Shown piece after piece: positions 61,001-64,000 of a stretch of 64,000 nt of DNA. Position numbers and translations under genes: made by a program. The notes under the pieces were generated by a model. It worked only from the letters and a program-made list of their open reading frames with translations. It was not told the DNA's origin and ran no database searches. The DNA comes from Bdellovibrionales bacterium (GTDB lineage: Bacteria; Bdellovibrionota; Bdellovibrionia; Bdellovibrionales; UBA1609): contig OZ241329.1 in NCBI GenBank assembly GCA_965199825.1, forward strand, positions 2,368,001-2,432,000, given 5' to 3'. Each line of letters begins with the position of its first letter. The stretch's first letter is position 1.

Positions 61001-61674
61001 AAACTCACTTTTCTTAGTTTGTCAGCGGCGGCAGTTGTCACGTCGTGAAATGGAAATGATTTGATTACGGTTTGATAAGTACTGATCGCTTTGGCCTTTT
61101 GACCCTGAACTTCAAATTGCTCGCCTAATTGGATCAGTGCAAAACCGGTATATTCATTCTCGGGCCATTCTTGAATCATGGTCTCAATGACCTTTGTGCA
61201 CTCTTCGAATTCCTCAAGTCGGCTTAAGGATTCCATAAGTAAAAAATGGGCCTCGATAATTGAGGGCGAATAAGAATGATCATGAATAAATTCTTTAAAG
61301 CCGACCTTGGCAAGTTCGTACTGTCCAGTGCTTAAATACGTTTTGGCTTTTTTAAAATTGTCTTCGCTAATAAATTCTTTGAGCGTATCACTATTTTTTT
61401 GCGATTGGGTGACACTTGCTATGGTTCGCACTGCCGCTTTTTTATCGTGCAATGCTTTGCTCGGAAGTTCGCTTGCAACAAGAGCTTTGAATTCTTCAAA
61501 ATCTTCAAGAGCCAGATCGGTTTTGATCCGCTCTGCACGAATATCATTTTTAAGATGCTTGATTTGGGCTTGGAGTGCCGGATTTTTGGCAAAGTGAACC
61601 CGAAAAGTTCCGTAACTAAAAACAATTCCAACAGTAAGGAGTTGTATAAAAATGAGAAATCCTGCGGTGTTCAT
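60997..61674 (-). CDS. TPR protein, CpoB/YbgF-like
   Basis: N-terminal TM, coiled coil, TPRs (YELAKVGFKEFI...S, YQTVIKSFP). Confidence 0.7.
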   Translation of the reverse strand: MNTAGFLIFIQLLTVGIVFSYGTFRVHFAKNPALQAQIKHLKNDIRAERIKTDLALEDFEEFKALVASELPSKALHDKKAAVRTIASVTQSQKNSDTLKEFISEDNFKKAKTYLSTGQYELAKVGFKEFIHDHSYSPSIIEAHFLLMESLSRLEEFEECTKVIETMIQEWPENEYTGFALIQLGEQFEVQGQKAKAISTYQTVIKSFPFHDVTTAAADKLRKVSL

Positions 61675-61684
61675 CTTATAAGTT

Positions 61685-61712
61685 TTATCGGAAATGTTTG
61701 GCCCAAAGTTGA
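61685..61712 (-). promoter_or_regulatory. Possible sigma-28 (FliA) promoter
   Basis: TCAACTTT-N12-TCCGATAA just upstream of ATG 61674. Confidence 0.45.
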
Positions 61713-61770
61713 ATCAGATGCTTCAAGTTTTTAAAAGACCAAAGTTGTGCTTAACGTCACGAAAAGATTC

Positions 61771-61799
61771 TTGACCCTTCAGATGCCGTTTTTTACAAC
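61771..61799 (+). promoter_or_regulatory. Possible sigma-70 promoter for HU gene
   Basis: TTGACC-N17-TACAAC. Confidence 0.4.
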
Positions 61800-61838
61800 G
61801 ATCTCCCACTTCCCAGACACCACCCTAAGGACGACATC

Positions 61839-62117
61839 ATGAATAAAGCCGATCTTGTTGAGCGAATTTCCGAAGTCACTCGCATTCCCAAAGTGCAAAT
61901 TGATGAAGTCATCACTGCCACTTGTAAAGTTATTGCCGAAACTGTGGCCTCAGGTCGTGAAGTTAAACTTGTTGGCTTTGGAACCTTTGATGTTCTTCAG
62001 CGTCAAGAACGAGCAGGACGAAATCCCCAGACTGGACTCCAAATGACAATCCCAGCCGCAAAAGTGCCACGATTTCGTCCAGGCAAAGAATTTAAAGAAA
62101 TAATGCAGGACCTTTAA
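61839..62117 (+). CDS. hup: HU family DNA-binding protein
   Basis: MNKADLV, VKLVGFGTF, GRNPQTG, PRFRPGK. Confidence 0.95.
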   Translation: MNKADLVERISEVTRIPKVQIDEVITATCKVIAETVASGREVKLVGFGTFDVLQRQERAGRNPQTGLQMTIPAAKVPRFRPGKEFKEIMQDL

Positions 62118-63619
62118 CGCCAAAGCGAAAGGCGTTGAACTCGAGATTTAAATTTAAGTAAAGGTTCTGAGATCTCTTTTGCTGAGACTGGCTCGTTTTG
62201 ATGAAGCCTTTGAGAGAGGTCTTGAACTAAATTTCTTAAGTTTAGCCATTCCGACCACAAACACAAATTATCATACTGGGCTTCGGTTTTGAGATCTCGA
62301 GCGCGTACGGCTTCGACCAGAGATTTGAGTGCATTCAAGGATTTGTTTGATTCATATTCTTGAACTTCGGTCAAAAGTCGTGATGCCAAAGTAAACAACC
62401 TCATCCGCTCAGACTGATAAAAAAAACTAATTTCTTTTTTGTGATGACGAATCTTGTCGCGAAATTTTGCATCCTGTTGGCCAAAGAAAAATATTTTATT
62501 TTGAAAAACAGTGGGTGTGATTTCGATATGAAGATTTAAAAATCCTTCGGGCAATTTGAATGTCTTTAACAAAAACTCGCCCCGACCATCAACCAAAGTT
62601 CTTCGATAAGTTTTATGAAGTGCTCGCTTTTCTAAAACTTCACCTGCTTCGGCACTAAATAAAAAAGAAAGAGCTATCTCTGGCGCTGTACCGTCGGTCT
62701 CAATAATTAATTTAGCAGTCTCGCTATGTGGTTCAACCAATTGAGCCTTCACATAACTTGCAGGCTTAACAGGTGGCGGGAGAGGCTTTGCACTTTGCAC
62801 CACCTGCGGCGCAATCGACGGAGTTGGTTTTACGACGACTTCTTCTGCGGGAGAGCTGAACACAGGCTCCGGCTTTGAAGTCACGGTTGCAGTGCGCTTA
62901 ATGGATAGTAACGCGAATATCCCGAGGCTCGAAAAGACAAAAACCAATGGGTAAAGCACCAAAGAAATTTTTCGTGATGATTTTTTTTGCGGAATGATTT
63001 TTTGTGGAATTTTTTTTTGCTGAGCTACCGGTACCACAACCGCTTTCATCGGCTGAGGTTCTGGAGCTTGGGGCATCGCCTCTTCAGGGATTTCTTCAGG
63101 TACGGGTTGAATCAGGTCTGATTTTTTTAATACATTTTTTAAGATGTCGACTTTGCTCACTTCTGGAAAGGGTGGGGCTTCAAACAAAATATCTTGTGGC
63201 GGCAATGGAATTTCTTTTTTGGGCGGAGCAAATTCTTCGAGTTCAGAAATTTTTTGCCAACTCTTCATTCCTTTTTTCCAGATATAATCAGTGTATCTAA
63301 TGCTACCCGCATTTAAGCGTTCTTTGAGGAGCGAGGTCGCAAAAGGCCCGCTCTGAATAAATCCTTTTCCTTTATCCTCGGACTTTTTGACTAATAGGAC
63401 CCATTGAGTCTCGCTGTTTTGAGTCTTTTGTAATTCTTGAAGGAGATCTGTTAAAGTTTCGAACTCACTGACTTTTCGCCACTTCGAATCGCCCTCTTCA
63501 AAAATGGAATCAAGCGCATGCAATTGGCCTTGGCGCAAAAACTCAACGATGACATCAAGGCTGACTGGGCCTTTGGCAATTCCTTTATCAAGATAGTAAT
63601 AACCCGAATTAGGAATCAC
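62114..63619 (-). CDS. Tandem GYF_2 (DUF4339) domain membrane protein
   Basis: Two GP....L...L..G.....IW/IF..G...W units, Pro-rich linker, single TM, C-terminal extracytoplasmic region. Confidence 0.72.
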   Translation of the reverse strand: MIPNSGYYYLDKGIAKGPVSLDVIVEFLRQGQLHALDSIFEEGDSKWRKVSEFETLTDLLQELQKTQNSETQWVLLVKKSEDKGKGFIQSGPFATSLLKERLNAGSIRYTDYIWKKGMKSWQKISELEEFAPPKKEIPLPPQDILFEAPPFPEVSKVDILKNVLKKSDLIQPVPEEIPEEAMPQAPEPQPMKAVVVPVAQQKKIPQKIIPQKKSSRKISLVLYPLVFVFSSLGIFALLSIKRTATVTSKPEPVFSSPAEEVVVKPTPSIAPQVVQSAKPLPPPVKPASYVKAQLVEPHSETAKLIIETDGTAPEIALSFLFSAEAGEVLEKRALHKTYRRTLVDGRGEFLLKTFKLPEGFLNLHIEITPTVFQNKIFFFGQQDAKFRDKIRHHKKEISFFYQSERMRLFTLASRLLTEVQEYESNKSLNALKSLVEAVRARDLKTEAQYDNLCLWSEWLNLRNLVQDLSQRLHQNEPVSAKEISEPLLKFKSRVQRLSLWR

Positions 63620-64000
63620 GTCTCAAATCGCCGTAAAATTTGAAAATAAAATTCATCAAAATGATCTTCCTCGATTTTTTGCTCAATTATTTTTTTAAAG
63701 CTCTTCAGATCATTTTCCTTATCGCTGAATTTGGCAAACATTCGTTCACCCAACATATGCCCCAATATCTTTGCGGCCTCAAATCCATGTTCCACCAAAA
63801 ACTTTTTCACTTTCACTGGCCGAGTCCGCCCAAGATTAAGGGCTACCATTTCACTCACCCGTTGGTCGAGAGCCAAGCTCATTGCGGGCCCTTTCAGTTC
63901 GGCGCGAATTTTTAAGGACTGCAATGTCTCCGACTTTCGTTTTGGGTTCATCAGTTTACTCAAAAAAAAGGCCACAGCCTCAAGCCAAATCTGAATTAAA
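63616..64000 (-). CDS. Hypothetical protein, 5' end probably beyond window
   Basis: Frame stays open to the window edge (LIQIWLEAVAFF...); ATGA overlap with next gene. Confidence 0.5.
   Translation of the reverse strand, partial: LIQIWLEAVAFFLSKLMNPKRKSETLQSLKIRAELKGPAMSLALDQRVSEMVALNLGRTRPVKVKKFLVEHGFEAAKILGHMLGERMFAKFSDKENDLKSFKKIIEQKIEEDHFDEFYFQILRRFET

Noticed and set aside
1..64000. CRISPR array, IS elements, prophage, rRNA, retron or defence genes
   Set aside because: No repeat-spacer arrays and no transposase, phage, reverse transcriptase or defence motifs recognised by eye

Overview
AT-rich bacterial chromosome segment. Gene content (Agl-Glt gliding cluster, GYF_2 and PilZ proteins, many secreted hydrolases) suggests a predatory Bdellovibrionota genome; this is inference. 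Core genes: tesA-ybbA-ybbP, bamB/yfgM, Leu dehydrogenase, yceD-rpmF-fabHDG-acpP-fabF-rpiB-glyA, alaS, tRNA-Val(GAC), lipB, miaB-guaB-guaA-dnaE-photolyase, thiolase-scoAB, pyk and HU. No CRISPR array, IS element, rRNA or prophage was seen. The most interesting signals are mostly non-coding. (1) A dif-like site at 5691-5718 suggests the window lies at the replication terminus. (2) About 7 kb away, a FimB/FimE-sized tyrosine recombinase and a membrane-anchored HTH protein are divergently encoded around a structured spacer. The spacer holds an 11-6-11 palindrome with a dif-type hexamer core and phased repeats, and the module abuts the gliding operon. (3) A stand-alone 15-codon sORF/sRNA unit at 142-298 has a perfect SD, alternative anti-SD pairings and its own terminator. 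(4) A GGA-rich hairpin RNA candidate lies at 3981-4044. (5) The Agl-Glt cluster is rearranged, with gltF on the opposite strand and no separate gltE. (6) A divergent AlaRS and an orphan gene bracketed by 15-bp direct repeats lie beside tRNA-Val. All protein calls come from motif recognition, not database searches.
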